The translations under genes and the position numbers were made by a program. Below are positions 55,101 through 62,748 of a stretch of DNA of 64,000 nucleotides, piece by piece. Positions within the stretch are counted from its first letter, which is position 1, and each line of letters begins with the position of its first letter. Under the pieces are notes generated by a model. The model saw only the letters and a list, made by a program, of their open reading frames with translations, searched no databases and had not been told where the DNA came from. This stretch comes from Bacillota bacterium (lineage in GTDB: Bacteria; Bacillota; JAAYKD01). The DNA is taken from assembly GCA_036744005.1 (NCBI GenBank), contig DAINOJ010000003.1, positions 29,403 to 93,402 on the forward strand, written 5' to 3'.

Positions 55101-56726
55101 ATTCCGGTAGTGACTCAAGATGGCAAGCTTCTTGTTGCGCACAATCATACCATTGATGTGATGCGTTTGGACGATTTTTCGGTGGAGCAGACGCTGTATG
55201 GGGTGGACCATTTGTTGTCAGCAGCCATGTTGGATTTTGTTTCACCACAATATTCAATCTTCTATGTCATGAACGATCAGGGTACCTCCACATTGCTGAC
55301 CGCTATGTCCACCAAGAATGCATCGCCACTGTGGCAACGAGTTTTAGCGGGAACATGGAACCAAGTGGGACAACCGGTTCTACATCCACAAGGTATGATG
55401 ATGTTGCCTGTGGGATCGTCGATGCTGGCATTGGGGAGCCAAGACGGCAAAGTGCTATGGCAACAGGATTTTGAGGAAGAAATATCGGGAGCACCGGTCC
55501 TGGATGCCAGAGGTGATATATATGTAACAGTCGGTGATGACCTACTGCGCTTGTCAGGAGAAGGAGTGCTACTACAACGCAAGAGCTTTGGCGAAGGAGG
55601 GCGCTTCGCAGTGAATACTTGCATTGGCCATGCGGGCCAAGTGATCTTTGGTGGAGGTATGACTGCAGACCAAACGAGGTATCCGATTTATGCATGGGGT
55701 GTAACCTTGGAAGAACCCTTGGTCAGCGATGTAGTACTAGCCGATTCTTTGCTGCGCGTTCGCGAAGACGAAGGGGAATTGCGTGTACGGTTGCTGGATC
55801 AATCCTCAGGTGAGAAAGGTGGCTTTGAAGTGGAGGCGCAGCTGTTACCTCTCACGGCAATACAGGGTACGGATTATCAGCTCAATTACAAAAACAGCAC
55901 CGGACGAGTTGCATTCGCCGAGGGTGCAGAGGAAGCGTGGCTGTATATTGATATATTCGATGGGTACGATGTACAATCGAGCCGAGATTTTTTAGTGAAG
56001 ATCGTAGGTGTGACGGGTGAAAAGACCTTTACCAGCAATGTGACTACGGTGCTGGTGGAAGATGTCAGTGTGGCACCGGAGCAGCGTTCCCGCGTAGGTT
56101 GGGGGGTAGGAGAAATGCTATATAAAGAAGGAGAAAGTGGCAACATGGTGCTGAAACGTTCTCCAAACAGCATAGGAACCTTGCCGGAGTTGGAGGTGCG
56201 GTTGCAAATCGGGAGCCCGGGAAGTTATTTCGCCTATACCGAGGCACTACAAGGGGTGGATTATTCCGCACAATGGACTCCCGACAGCGCTGGGCGGGTG
56301 ACGATTTTGTTTGCCGAAGGGCAGAGCGAGGTTATCATACCATGGCAGGCATTCATGCGGGAAGGGATGCAAGGGCTACGCAAATGGGACGTACGAGTAT
56401 GGATGAACTCTGCAGTAGACCCCGACTTTTCTATGCCGCAGACCTATGTCAGCGAGCTCAAATTATATGTGGCAGAGGGAGACTTTGCGGTTCCGGAACC
56501 GAGAATCAAGCAGGTAGGCGAGACAGAGTGGAAGGTTTCCAATATACTATATGGTGGATGGTTCGAAGTAGAGACCTCCGATGGCACTGTTTTGCAGCAC
56601 ACGAACGGATACCTTCAGTCGCTCGATGGGGAATACTCGGTGTATGATTTACCCGCCGGTAATCCACTAATCTTGCGTTCCGGCTTCGCCAACCAATCTA
56701 CCACTCTGACATTTAACACACCCTAA
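49116..56726 (+). CDS. Giant secreted multidomain protein (2536 aa): signal peptide, IPT/TIG-like domain, long helical region, BNR/Asp-box-like and PQQ-like beta-propeller regions, Calx-beta-like domains
   Basis: RBS AAGGAGG 7 nt before ATG. Signal-like N-terminus MRQSKTRILCFILLFVSMMMQVSTPISAQS. IPT-like segment IVTIAPDQGSFGTSVLLTGQGFAS...IVRF. Asp-box-like TRSFDGGTHF. Calx-beta-like LPLTAIQGTDYQL...VAFAEGAEEAWLYIDIFDG. Confidence 0.8.
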   Translation: MRQSKTRILCFILLFVSMMMQVSTPISAQSLLGNAQVHRLEWTRHLAEEGEDSFTLDAVHIEKGESQQAMGFLTAQLNGKMIGLHPLALPDAAGMYRIGDIAWTLQGDPQLYKIKVILLQNLQGLLPMNRMYQLGERSAPEIVTIAPDQGSFGTSVLLTGQGFASTPERNIVRFIQADGTKLSASVVSVGSNYLEVLAPVLNAGIHQVEVEVEGRISNQKSFNAEALPAAQGNETRQLMQVTQSLLTTAEEVSDTLQVASLPLALQSQMVQLLGEAEQQMNHAQTELMQYSPEAQELINRMLQSSGVPEQIAPLNKDPVGLLAETGQDYTIGDRLEKVDQITNDVRNARDKIRSLDRNLKIMEASLTVGGIAGLVFGGSGSGAIALAAEIESFRQAIIQPILLSLRAIYTVLSCSTSSAVAGSLRFEYVDDVHIEQYFGHAQEPALPEWQNESLLSSLSNVFVGIEELQYLHDDVLHLLQQPYGSTSETMPEGFSTDMLRALQQISLYEDNWRRLTQQADQTFLPGETLRNNAGEIEVLMKQYRRIVNQIRSAGDKMLQDLMYAQINPQMSFDHDWYQSMKYAIGDLLREANSLNSVLNALISEFHEPEQLNFEEESPAYAGFIDTPGILLAGQSYIARGNMDFNVGLDETRGLDNMLDGIGTSFIVDLVGGLVDLELELENVDVRLSAVSSDESVLRTEWSDSIGLRLIPLKPGLVTVTIVPNIRLVREGKIKAEYISVSKPFRVISANQIAEEYSVNAPLGPNLEHVTDEAGLETRQVYLGETLHVQGLGFASSSQYMNVYTAGVPGIHIDGLLPDFLYKGVGSEQQRREELCMEVPDTLSGQLRVAVHLKQAMEGGAPIDRSAGLSNGIDLQVLAPVIDFMPPNLIDGESYPVLGRGFSHTPWMNKIIFDDFEATNPQSQSQYYAIVEPSLEEPFTQPKEYNEVTAENHPLLHVLHERLTFLADGQTSSSLNNRIKVLEQEDMSDIAGGSLVQSWGSEIVFSQNGITSMRPLLAEDETSGLRMAAWVALNERGAAQWIAAEIYANGNMATPQHIASNLGSMETAPDKGCLVAYRNRFYFVYTGRDGELDRLYCSIYDGGSWSIPVPLTGGMSSALKPVAWVGDWQDDNQAELFLAYIADDGMVGQTITAWYTLPSSGAQLLDQVVLSANSISRPALTKHENGFYVAYQGIHLRQSDLYLCHVQISANSTSLLPAASLRLSRNSGEAQAENPSIVIGRHPVSAAEQVVVVWENSAPASGTMNQREEVYLATVTGGVVNEPVNLTHSEGHSQSPTLALGKDGSIALLFLEITPAGISENQTLGYTSQVWFTRSFDGGTHFQRPYYPLTSRIQGVRLGHPALLNRGDGKVNMTWQAGDQLFWRSSGETIIPPSEYPANLLTPRKQTFGYSNDETGVRLLNGAGEPLRRITTATGWMQAYPSEMLRLAVSPSGRYVALPGYWLQISEADGSHPLDIALPHDIEEEMPKHIAWGLDEQELRVSYVEFGINNAQPLGTWQREAVEGEVARSYGFSWDRQERYILQREWLDSIPTLHRDFYVVDSVSGEERYVTSLPNRLLAISPDGTAVLLHDSQGAGRNRDGLVLRQLGGASVVLYEGIPEAAAFSFNGRYIAAVMRQTGQQAVLKVWDLHSGTCWDLALLVDNIERLSFSPDNNRVFWQTTQATWHTQTAGGDSQVAKTFIQNFVTVGQASETMHVSAAASVWKNRAGSEIGVTLRQTPTADVTVQVVVPMGLVALPQSVSFAAGEAPIARKVGIYAQDSMPAGLSTIALRLHSADLRFEGVEQHVSVITSEAAPFTSGLGYSAADYGDLAVYPILHNWNRQVPIAAADWEQPLWQVNPSFNDVKVLQAGNGVTLMYGRDYMYHVHAYSKTGQLLWETDGKSPLLQGEDAVFLRGDNMLIRKDLLTGEEHPLILYRADGTEWRFWTSDLFYADTQGNMYALAQRMWGETFLHVLRIEPNGRVSDHLIDEAQYWQGDIPVVTQDGKLLVAHNHTIDVMRLDDFSVEQTLYGVDHLLSAAMLDFVSPQYSIFYVMNDQGTSTLLTAMSTKNASPLWQRVLAGTWNQVGQPVLHPQGMMMLPVGSSMLALGSQDGKVLWQQDFEEEISGAPVLDARGDIYVTVGDDLLRLSGEGVLLQRKSFGEGGRFAVNTCIGHAGQVIFGGGMTADQTRYPIYAWGVTLEEPLVSDVVLADSLLRVREDEGELRVRLLDQSSGEKGGFEVEAQLLPLTAIQGTDYQLNYKNSTGRVAFAEGAEEAWLYIDIFDGYDVQSSRDFLVKIVGVTGEKTFTSNVTTVLVEDVSVAPEQRSRVGWGVGEMLYKEGESGNMVLKRSPNSIGTLPELEVRLQIGSPGSYFAYTEALQGVDYSAQWTPDSAGRVTILFAEGQSEVIIPWQAFMREGMQGLRKWDVRVWMNSAVDPDFSMPQTYVSELKLYVAEGDFAVPEPRIKQVGETEWKVSNILYGGWFEVETSDGTVLQHTNGYLQSLDGEYSVYDLPAGNPLILRSGFANQSTTLTFNTP

Positions 56727-56853
56727 TGAATGACTAGTAAGGGAACGAGGGATTTCATTTCGAATGAGGGGTTCAATTTTGTAAAATAAAAGGATAATGT
56801 CGACATAAAACGAAATAATTGGTATTCAACAAATTTTGTGCGGAGGTGACAAT

Positions 56854-58710
56854 ATGCCCCCTACCGATGAGATGCTGAACAGAAACCCATTGTTGTTGAA
56901 ACCCAATGAGCGTTTTCCGACCTATCAGTTCTATGCCACCATGACCGGGAAAGCGTCTCCCGAGCAAACGTTGCTTACGGCTATATTAACCACATTTTCC
57001 TGGTTGCGAGAACGCTTTCGCGAGTTAGAGGTTCCGGCGGATTTGCAGCTGCCATCTGCGAGCGAAGTTGCCACTGTAGGCCTAGAGTGCTTACGCTCGT
57101 TCCGCATTGCCGTGGGTTACACGGTAGAGGTGGTCTGGATTGCCGAAAAAGGGGTATGGGCCATGCAACTTAGCGAGCCCGACTTGGGTGATGGTCATCA
57201 AGCCGGTCGCACTCCGGTCGCCGGACGGATTTTTGAAACCAACATTGCTTTTCGTCTGACACACGATAAAGTGGAAATGGGGTTTCGCACCCTCGTTTCT
57301 CAGCCATTGGGCACCATGGAGCCTTGCGAAGTGTATCGCCCGGCGGTAATAAAGGATTTGGTGCGCAACTCTGGTCTGAAGTTCTTTGGCGAGTGGCCCA
57401 TTGTGGAGTCGTGCTGGAGCGTTTCCAAAGGAGAGGTCCATAAGCTGATGCTGTGGCTCAAAAACAAGAAACGCACCCTGCCGGCGGTCGTGACACGTAT
57501 GACTACCCCAGGTGTGACGACGATGAGCCGTGAAACAGTGTTGAAGATCGCTCAGTTGCTTGAAGTGATCGCGATACAAAGACCTGGCAGTCCACACATA
57601 AACCTTCCTTTCGTTGACCCAAATTCGGCAGCAAAATCAGCATCTACCCACCCGTTTTGTGGTCTACTAGATGATGTTCCCCGATTGCGCATGGGGTATG
57701 CCCAGTTTTTTCTGTTTGCCGAGGATTCTGCCTATGAAGCGGCTCGCAAGCTTGGCTTGGAACTGGCAGAGAACGAGATTCGAGTCTATCCAGTTTGTAA
57801 ACCAGATGGTTTAGTGCCTGCGCATTCGTTTCATATCACGAGCAAGAACCAGAAGCAGGTCAAAGAAGAGTTGCTGAAGGAGCTACAGGATGCACCGAAG
57901 AACCATCCGAATGAGTTTGGTGACGTGGTTTTCTTAGCGGAGGCGAAGATTTTAGAGCAGAGTCGCTTCATGGATTTGGCCAAGTCGAAGGAAGAACTAC
58001 AGCTGCGATGGATGGAAAAGTGGGATGCGCGGGAGAACGGCATTGAAAACGAACGGGCCAGTTGGCGTCGCCAGCTGGTGGAATGGAAAGAGGACTTGGC
58101 ACGAGTAGAAGAGGAGCTGGCAGAAGCGCGTGCCGATGCCAAACGCTGGGAAAAAGAATACCTTGAGCTCGAGCGTGCGAGTAAATGGCGAAACGAGGAG
58201 GACCAAGGACTCATCGATTGGCTGAAAGCGCAACGGAATTGGCCAAATGAGGTGGAAGAAGTGGCGGCCTGGGTAGAACGAACCCAAGCAGGGAAGCTGA
58301 TTCTACACCAAAAAGCATTGAGCGTACTGAAGAGTGTAGAGCTTCCGGATATCGATGTTTTTGCGCTATGTTCAGCACTGGAGTTTTTAGCGAATGAACA
58401 ACGCGATTGGTTGTTAAAGAAGATAGACGATGTGCAACTTCGTTTGCGATGCACCCGAAAATATGGTCGGCCTTTTGAAGTGTCTACCTCATCGGAAACA
58501 ACCTTGAAGAAATATTGGGATGAGTACAAAATCAAATACGGCAAATCAGAAAAAGGGAAATCGCATGAGCAAGCACTGACCTATCACTTAAAGGTAGGTA
58601 CTAACTCGGAAAAAATGATTCGTATTTACTATTTATGGGATGCTGAGAAAAAAATCATTGTGGTGGGGTCGTTGCCCAAGCATTTGCCAACAGTGTCGGA
58701 TCCACATTAA
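56854..58710 (+). CDS. Hypothetical 618-aa protein: unassigned N-terminal domain, central coiled coil, C-terminal segment resembling the RelE/ParE toxin-fold motif
   Basis: RBS GGAGGTG before ATG. Coiled-coil stretch ...WRRQLVEWKEDLARVEEELAEARADAKRWEKEYLELERA. C-terminus YHLKVGTNSEKMIRIYYLWDAEKKIIVVGSLPKH resembles the RelE core YKIKLRSSGYRLVYQVIDEKVVVFVISVGKRE. Confidence 0.55.
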   Translation: MPPTDEMLNRNPLLLKPNERFPTYQFYATMTGKASPEQTLLTAILTTFSWLRERFRELEVPADLQLPSASEVATVGLECLRSFRIAVGYTVEVVWIAEKGVWAMQLSEPDLGDGHQAGRTPVAGRIFETNIAFRLTHDKVEMGFRTLVSQPLGTMEPCEVYRPAVIKDLVRNSGLKFFGEWPIVESCWSVSKGEVHKLMLWLKNKKRTLPAVVTRMTTPGVTTMSRETVLKIAQLLEVIAIQRPGSPHINLPFVDPNSAAKSASTHPFCGLLDDVPRLRMGYAQFFLFAEDSAYEAARKLGLELAENEIRVYPVCKPDGLVPAHSFHITSKNQKQVKEELLKELQDAPKNHPNEFGDVVFLAEAKILEQSRFMDLAKSKEELQLRWMEKWDARENGIENERASWRRQLVEWKEDLARVEEELAEARADAKRWEKEYLELERASKWRNEEDQGLIDWLKAQRNWPNEVEEVAAWVERTQAGKLILHQKALSVLKSVELPDIDVFALCSALEFLANEQRDWLLKKIDDVQLRLRCTRKYGRPFEVSTSSETTLKKYWDEYKIKYGKSEKGKSHEQALTYHLKVGTNSEKMIRIYYLWDAEKKIIVVGSLPKHLPTVSDPH

Positions 58711-58715
58711 CAAAG

Positions 58716-58775
58716 AACAGCAACAGGTTCAAAAGGGAATGCTCCCTTCGGAAATCTGTTGCTGTTTTGTTGTTC
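58716..58775. terminator. Intrinsic terminator (nested hairpin) between convergent genes
   Basis: AACAGCAACAG...CTGTTGCTGTT with inner AAGGGA/TCCCTT, followed by TTTTGTTGTT. Confidence 0.75.
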
Positions 58776-58793
58776 GGGGTCAGAAGCTACAAT

Positions 58794-59672
58794 TTAACCC
58801 AATGGTTTGACGGCGACCAGCTCAATGTAACCACGTCCGCCGGTGGGTTCCAGTTGAATGCGGGGGTTCTCGGGGTCCCAAGCGTATCCAATAAACTTGG
58901 GGTTATACTTTTCGATGGCATCTTGGACTTCGTCAATGGCACGGCAGTATTCTTCCTCAGGGAAGGGTTCCCCTTGAAACATCAAATACTTGGTGGCGGG
59001 TAGTTCCAGCACATCGAATCCTTCGGGTACTTCTCCTGCGTATTCTAGGGGTACTTCTACACCTTGCACATACTCCGAAGTACCGGGCTTGCGGTCGCGC
59101 TCCGAAAGCCACATCGAGACGGGTTCACTGCCTGCGGTCGCCATGCTCAAGAGCAGCCCCCAGATATCGCATCCGATTTCTTCGCAATATTCAAAATAAT
59201 GAGTGGCCTTCACACCTCGGCGGATGAGCACTTTGCGTTGCGGTTTTTCTAGTATTTGCACAAAAACATGTTTTACAGAATTCATGGTCGGGCTCCTTTC
59301 CGGTTTGCTAAATTTGACACCGTACGGATTGAACAAATACAAAGGCACGGGGTGGGCGGCATAGTCACCGGGATTACGGCCGAATTCCCGATAGAAAGCG
59401 CGCTGATACCCATCGACGCTGCCAAAGCCCATATCAAATGCTACTTCGGTAATCCTAACGGCTTCGTCGCGCAACTTGAGGGCGGATTTTGATAACCGCA
59501 GCTTGCGAATGTAGTCTGCCGGGGTCAAACCCAGCCATTTGACGAACAAACGGTGTGAATACCAGGGGGAGAAGTAGGATACCTTACTCAAATGAGTTAA
59601 GTGGATTTCTTCGTCCCAATGGGCGGCAATGTAGTCTTGCATGCGCTGCACCGCGTCGATTTGCTCTTGCAC
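58794..59672 (-). CDS. AraC-family transcriptional regulator with GyrI-like effector-binding domain
   Basis: AraC HTH (HLSKVSYFSPWYSHRLF, GFGSVDGYQRAFYREFGRNPGDY) and a C-terminal ~150-aa domain. GTG start 8 nt after GGGAGG. Confidence 0.75.
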   Translation of the reverse strand: MQEQIDAVQRMQDYIAAHWDEEIHLTHLSKVSYFSPWYSHRLFVKWLGLTPADYIRKLRLSKSALKLRDEAVRITEVAFDMGFGSVDGYQRAFYREFGRNPGDYAAHPVPLYLFNPYGVKFSKPERSPTMNSVKHVFVQILEKPQRKVLIRRGVKATHYFEYCEEIGCDIWGLLLSMATAGSEPVSMWLSERDRKPGTSEYVQGVEVPLEYAGEVPEGFDVLELPATKYLMFQGEPFPEEEYCRAIDEVQDAIEKYNPKFIGYAWDPENPRIQLEPTGGRGYIELVAVKPLG

Positions 59673-59746
59673 TTGGTTCACCTCCCTACATTAGGTATTA
59701 TAGAATACTCGCCAAAATCCTGCTCGACTTTTTTTGCACATCGGAT

Positions 59747-59853
59747 TTACCACTTAGGGGACTGTCTCGCGTTTCGCAACAAAACGCTTACCCTAAGTGG
59801 TAAATATTCGCCAGTGAGGGGACTGTCCCCTAAGTGGTAACCCTAAGTGGTAA
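59747..59853. repeat. Cluster of repeated 13-20-bp elements: 20-bp inverted repeat TTACCACTTAGGGGACTGTC / GACTGTCCCCTAAGTGGTAA, plus direct copies of CCCTAAGTGGTAA
   Basis: Left arm at 59747-59766, right arm at 59821-59840. CCCTAAGTGGTAA also at 59791-59803 and 59841-59853. Located between the divergent AraC-type gene and the promoter of the PAS-GGDEF-HD-GYP gene. Confidence 0.7.
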
Positions 59854-59866
59854 ATCATAATTGGTG

Positions 59867-59895
59867 TTGTAATTACTTTGGTGCTGTTGTATAAT
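59867..59895 (+). promoter_or_regulatory. Sigma-70-like promoter TTGTAA-17-TATAAT
   Basis: -35 at 59867-59872, -10 at 59890-59895, immediately downstream of the repeat cluster. Confidence 0.55.
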
Positions 59896-59946
59896 TGCGG
59901 TATGTAACTAAAATTGAAACATTTACATGGATTGGGGGAGAATGCT

Positions 59947-62640
59947 GTGCAGAGCGAGGAATACTTGGAGAAAAAAATACGTGAAAACCCAGATTTTCAC
60001 AGTAGTTTGGTGCAAAGCTTTTTTCAGAATGCTCTCATCGGACAAGCGTTTACTTTGCCCTCAGGCGAAATCATCCCCAATCGAGCCATGTGTACTATGT
60101 TCGGCTACTCTGCCGAAGAACTCAGCACTATGACCTGGAATGACCTTACCTACCCCGAGGACAGACTAGCTTCACAGCAAATTATACAAGACATCGTGGA
60201 CGGAAAAGCCACAGAAGGACGCTTGATCAAACGCTACTTGCGCAAGAATCAAACCTACTTTTGGGCCGAAGCCTTTACATCTCAATTCAAAAACCCGGAT
60301 ACGGCTGTCATCCATAATCTGACCACCTTCCTCGACATTACTCGCCAAGTGGAGCATGAGCAAGAGGCCGAGCAAGTGAAGCAAACCTTTGAAACGTTCA
60401 TCGATGCCAGCGACGACAAAATCTTCCTTAAGGACGAGCATTTTCGTTACATCATTGTCAATGAAACGGCAGCAAGAAATCGAGGATTCAGCAAAGAAGA
60501 ATTTATCTTAAAGCAAGCCCAAGATTTTATGAGCAGCGAAGAAGCTCGTTCTCGCCAGTTATCGGATATGGAAGTGGTACAACAACATAAAGTAGTCATC
60601 AACGAGGAAAAAATCGGTGAGCGTGTCATGGAAAACCGCAAATTCCCAGTCGCCTTGGGCAATGGCAAAATCGGTGTGGGTGGTTTCGTTCGCGACGTTA
60701 CCGAAGCGGTACACCAACGTGAGTTTCTGAAAAAGATGGCTGAAAGCAACCGCATTGTCACAGAATGCATGACTCGTGAGTTCCAATCGGTGCAGGAACA
60801 AGTGGATTTTGCTTTATCGGAAGCCCTTACCCTCACCGAGAGCGACTGCGGTTGCATTATGGTATACAACGAACCACAAGCCGAGTTGGAGCTCTTTGCA
60901 CATTATCATAAGGACAAAAGTTTTCGAATGAGTGAAGGGAACGGGCAAAAAATGCCTTTAGCAGAAGCGGGCTTTTGGGGCGAAGCGGTTCACCAACGTA
61001 AAGTCTTGGTCTTTGATCCGTCTCAACCGGTCCGGTTGCCCGCCAACAACCCCTGTGCGCACATGAACATCCAAAACATTATGACACTGCCCATGTTCGA
61101 CCATGAGAAAATCGTGGCGCTGGTCGGTTTTGCCAATAAACCGGATGGCTACTCCGAACGCGACATTGCGGCGATTACTTCTCTGATGAACGGCGTCTGG
61201 ATGGCGGTCAACAAGCGCTTACAAGAACGTCGCACAGCTAGGTTATTGGCACGCTTGGAAGCCATGTTCAACAACCACGAAGCGGTCATGTTTTTGCTGG
61301 AAGCCGAAACCGGTAAAGTACTCGATGTCAACCCGGCTTGCCTGGCCTTCTACGGATATACTCGAGAAGAAATGATGCAAAAACATATGTACGAGATCAA
61401 TGCCATGGGCAAAGAGAACTCTGAGCAAATGCGCAACGAAGTCATCCAAAACAACAGTGCGCGATTTACAACGCAACATAAACTAAAAAACGGTGAAATT
61501 CGCACCGTCGACTTATACTGCTGTTCCATTCCCTACGGTGGCAAAACCCAACACTTTTCCATCCTCTTCGATATTAGTGAGCAGGTGAAAGCCACCAAGC
61601 AGATTGAATATTTGGCTTATCACGATCATCTCACCGGAGTATACAACCGCCGCTTCTTTGATGAAACCTTCCAACTCATGGCCGATGGAGGGATGCAATA
61701 TCCTATTGGCGTGATTATGGGTGACATTAACGGGTTGAAGTTGTTTAATGATACCTTTGGTCACCTCAACGGAGACACCGCCATACAACTTTTGGTGCGC
61801 CATATGCAGGATTTACTTCAACCGAATCAATTACTCGCCAGAATTGGTGGTGATGAGTTCGCCATTATCGTACCCAAGACCAATGAGAACGAGTTGAAAC
61901 AGCTGATTAAAACACTCGAGGTGGTCTATCGTCCGGAAACACCACAACACGATATGAGTTATTTAAGTATCTCTTTTGGCTTTAGTATACAGCGACATCG
62001 TAGAGACAATTTGGATTGGTTGCTCAAAGAAGCCGAAGCGTTTATGTATAATCGCAAATACTACAGCAATCGCAGCTTCCGCAGCAGTGCCATTCACGCC
62101 ATTATGGAAACCCTCTTTGCCAAATCGGAACGTGAGAAATTGCATTCGGAACGCGTCAGTCAGTTGAGTGAGAAGATTGCCAAGCAAATGAAACTTCATC
62201 AGGACACTGTAAACAAAATTCGCGTGGCGGGAATGCTGCATGACATTGGCAAAATCGGCATTGATGAAAGCATTTTGAACAAGCCGGCAAAACTGGATGC
62301 CAACGAATGGGAACTGATGAAACTACACAGCGCCAAAGGAGCAAAAATTCTTGGTAACACCGTTGAGTTCCACCAAATTGCCGAATGGGTATTACAGCAC
62401 CACGAAAGAATCGATGGCAAGGGCTACCCAAACCAAGTCAAAGGTAATGAGATTCCCTTGGCGGCACGCATCATCTCGGTAGCCGATGCCTACGATGCCA
62501 TGACCAACGAACGACCCTACCAAAAGGCCATGAGCCCCGAAGAAGCCCGCAAAGTACTTCTGACGGGAGCCGGAACCCAATGGGACAGTAAGGTCGTAGA
62601 TATCTTGCTGGAACAGGTTGTTCATGAGCTCAAGCGATAA
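59947..62640 (+). CDS. Multidomain c-di-GMP signalling protein: PAS, PAS, GAF, PAS, GGDEF (IGGDEF), HD-GYP
   Basis: GTG start 6 nt after GGGGGAG. GGDEF motifs HLTGVYNRRFF, GDINGLKLFNDTFGH, RIGGDEF. HD-GYP motifs GMLHDIGKIGI and HHERIDGKGYP. Confidence 0.8.
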   Translation: MQSEEYLEKKIRENPDFHSSLVQSFFQNALIGQAFTLPSGEIIPNRAMCTMFGYSAEELSTMTWNDLTYPEDRLASQQIIQDIVDGKATEGRLIKRYLRKNQTYFWAEAFTSQFKNPDTAVIHNLTTFLDITRQVEHEQEAEQVKQTFETFIDASDDKIFLKDEHFRYIIVNETAARNRGFSKEEFILKQAQDFMSSEEARSRQLSDMEVVQQHKVVINEEKIGERVMENRKFPVALGNGKIGVGGFVRDVTEAVHQREFLKKMAESNRIVTECMTREFQSVQEQVDFALSEALTLTESDCGCIMVYNEPQAELELFAHYHKDKSFRMSEGNGQKMPLAEAGFWGEAVHQRKVLVFDPSQPVRLPANNPCAHMNIQNIMTLPMFDHEKIVALVGFANKPDGYSERDIAAITSLMNGVWMAVNKRLQERRTARLLARLEAMFNNHEAVMFLLEAETGKVLDVNPACLAFYGYTREEMMQKHMYEINAMGKENSEQMRNEVIQNNSARFTTQHKLKNGEIRTVDLYCCSIPYGGKTQHFSILFDISEQVKATKQIEYLAYHDHLTGVYNRRFFDETFQLMADGGMQYPIGVIMGDINGLKLFNDTFGHLNGDTAIQLLVRHMQDLLQPNQLLARIGGDEFAIIVPKTNENELKQLIKTLEVVYRPETPQHDMSYLSISFGFSIQRHRRDNLDWLLKEAEAFMYNRKYYSNRSFRSSAIHAIMETLFAKSEREKLHSERVSQLSEKIAKQMKLHQDTVNKIRVAGMLHDIGKIGIDESILNKPAKLDANEWELMKLHSAKGAKILGNTVEFHQIAEWVLQHHERIDGKGYPNQVKGNEIPLAARIISVADAYDAMTNERPYQKAMSPEEARKVLLTGAGTQWDSKVVDILLEQVVHELKR

Positions 62641-62748
62641 GCTTGGGCTCGTTTTGTATTCTAACAAAGGAATTGAGTTTTTTGACGGAATATGGTATTA
62701 TTTACAAATAAAAGTATGTCATCGTTGATCATACAGGGGGGTGTGGGA

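Noticed and set aside
50242-56271. Antisense and alternative-frame ORFs within the 2536-aa gene (for example 53888-54313, 54042-54446)
   Set aside because: Embedded in a long, domain-supported ORF; no independent evidence.
57831-58544. 237-aa Ser/Ala-rich ORF on the minus strand within the 618-aa gene
   Set aside because: Low-complexity translation antisense to the coiled-coil coding region (the reverse complement of Glu/Leu/Ala-rich codons).
59747-59853. Short direct repeats considered as a possible CRISPR array
   Set aside because: Only three or four 13-bp copies with irregular spacing, one in inverted orientation, and no cas genes. Better explained as regulator binding sites or a tiny inverted-repeat element.
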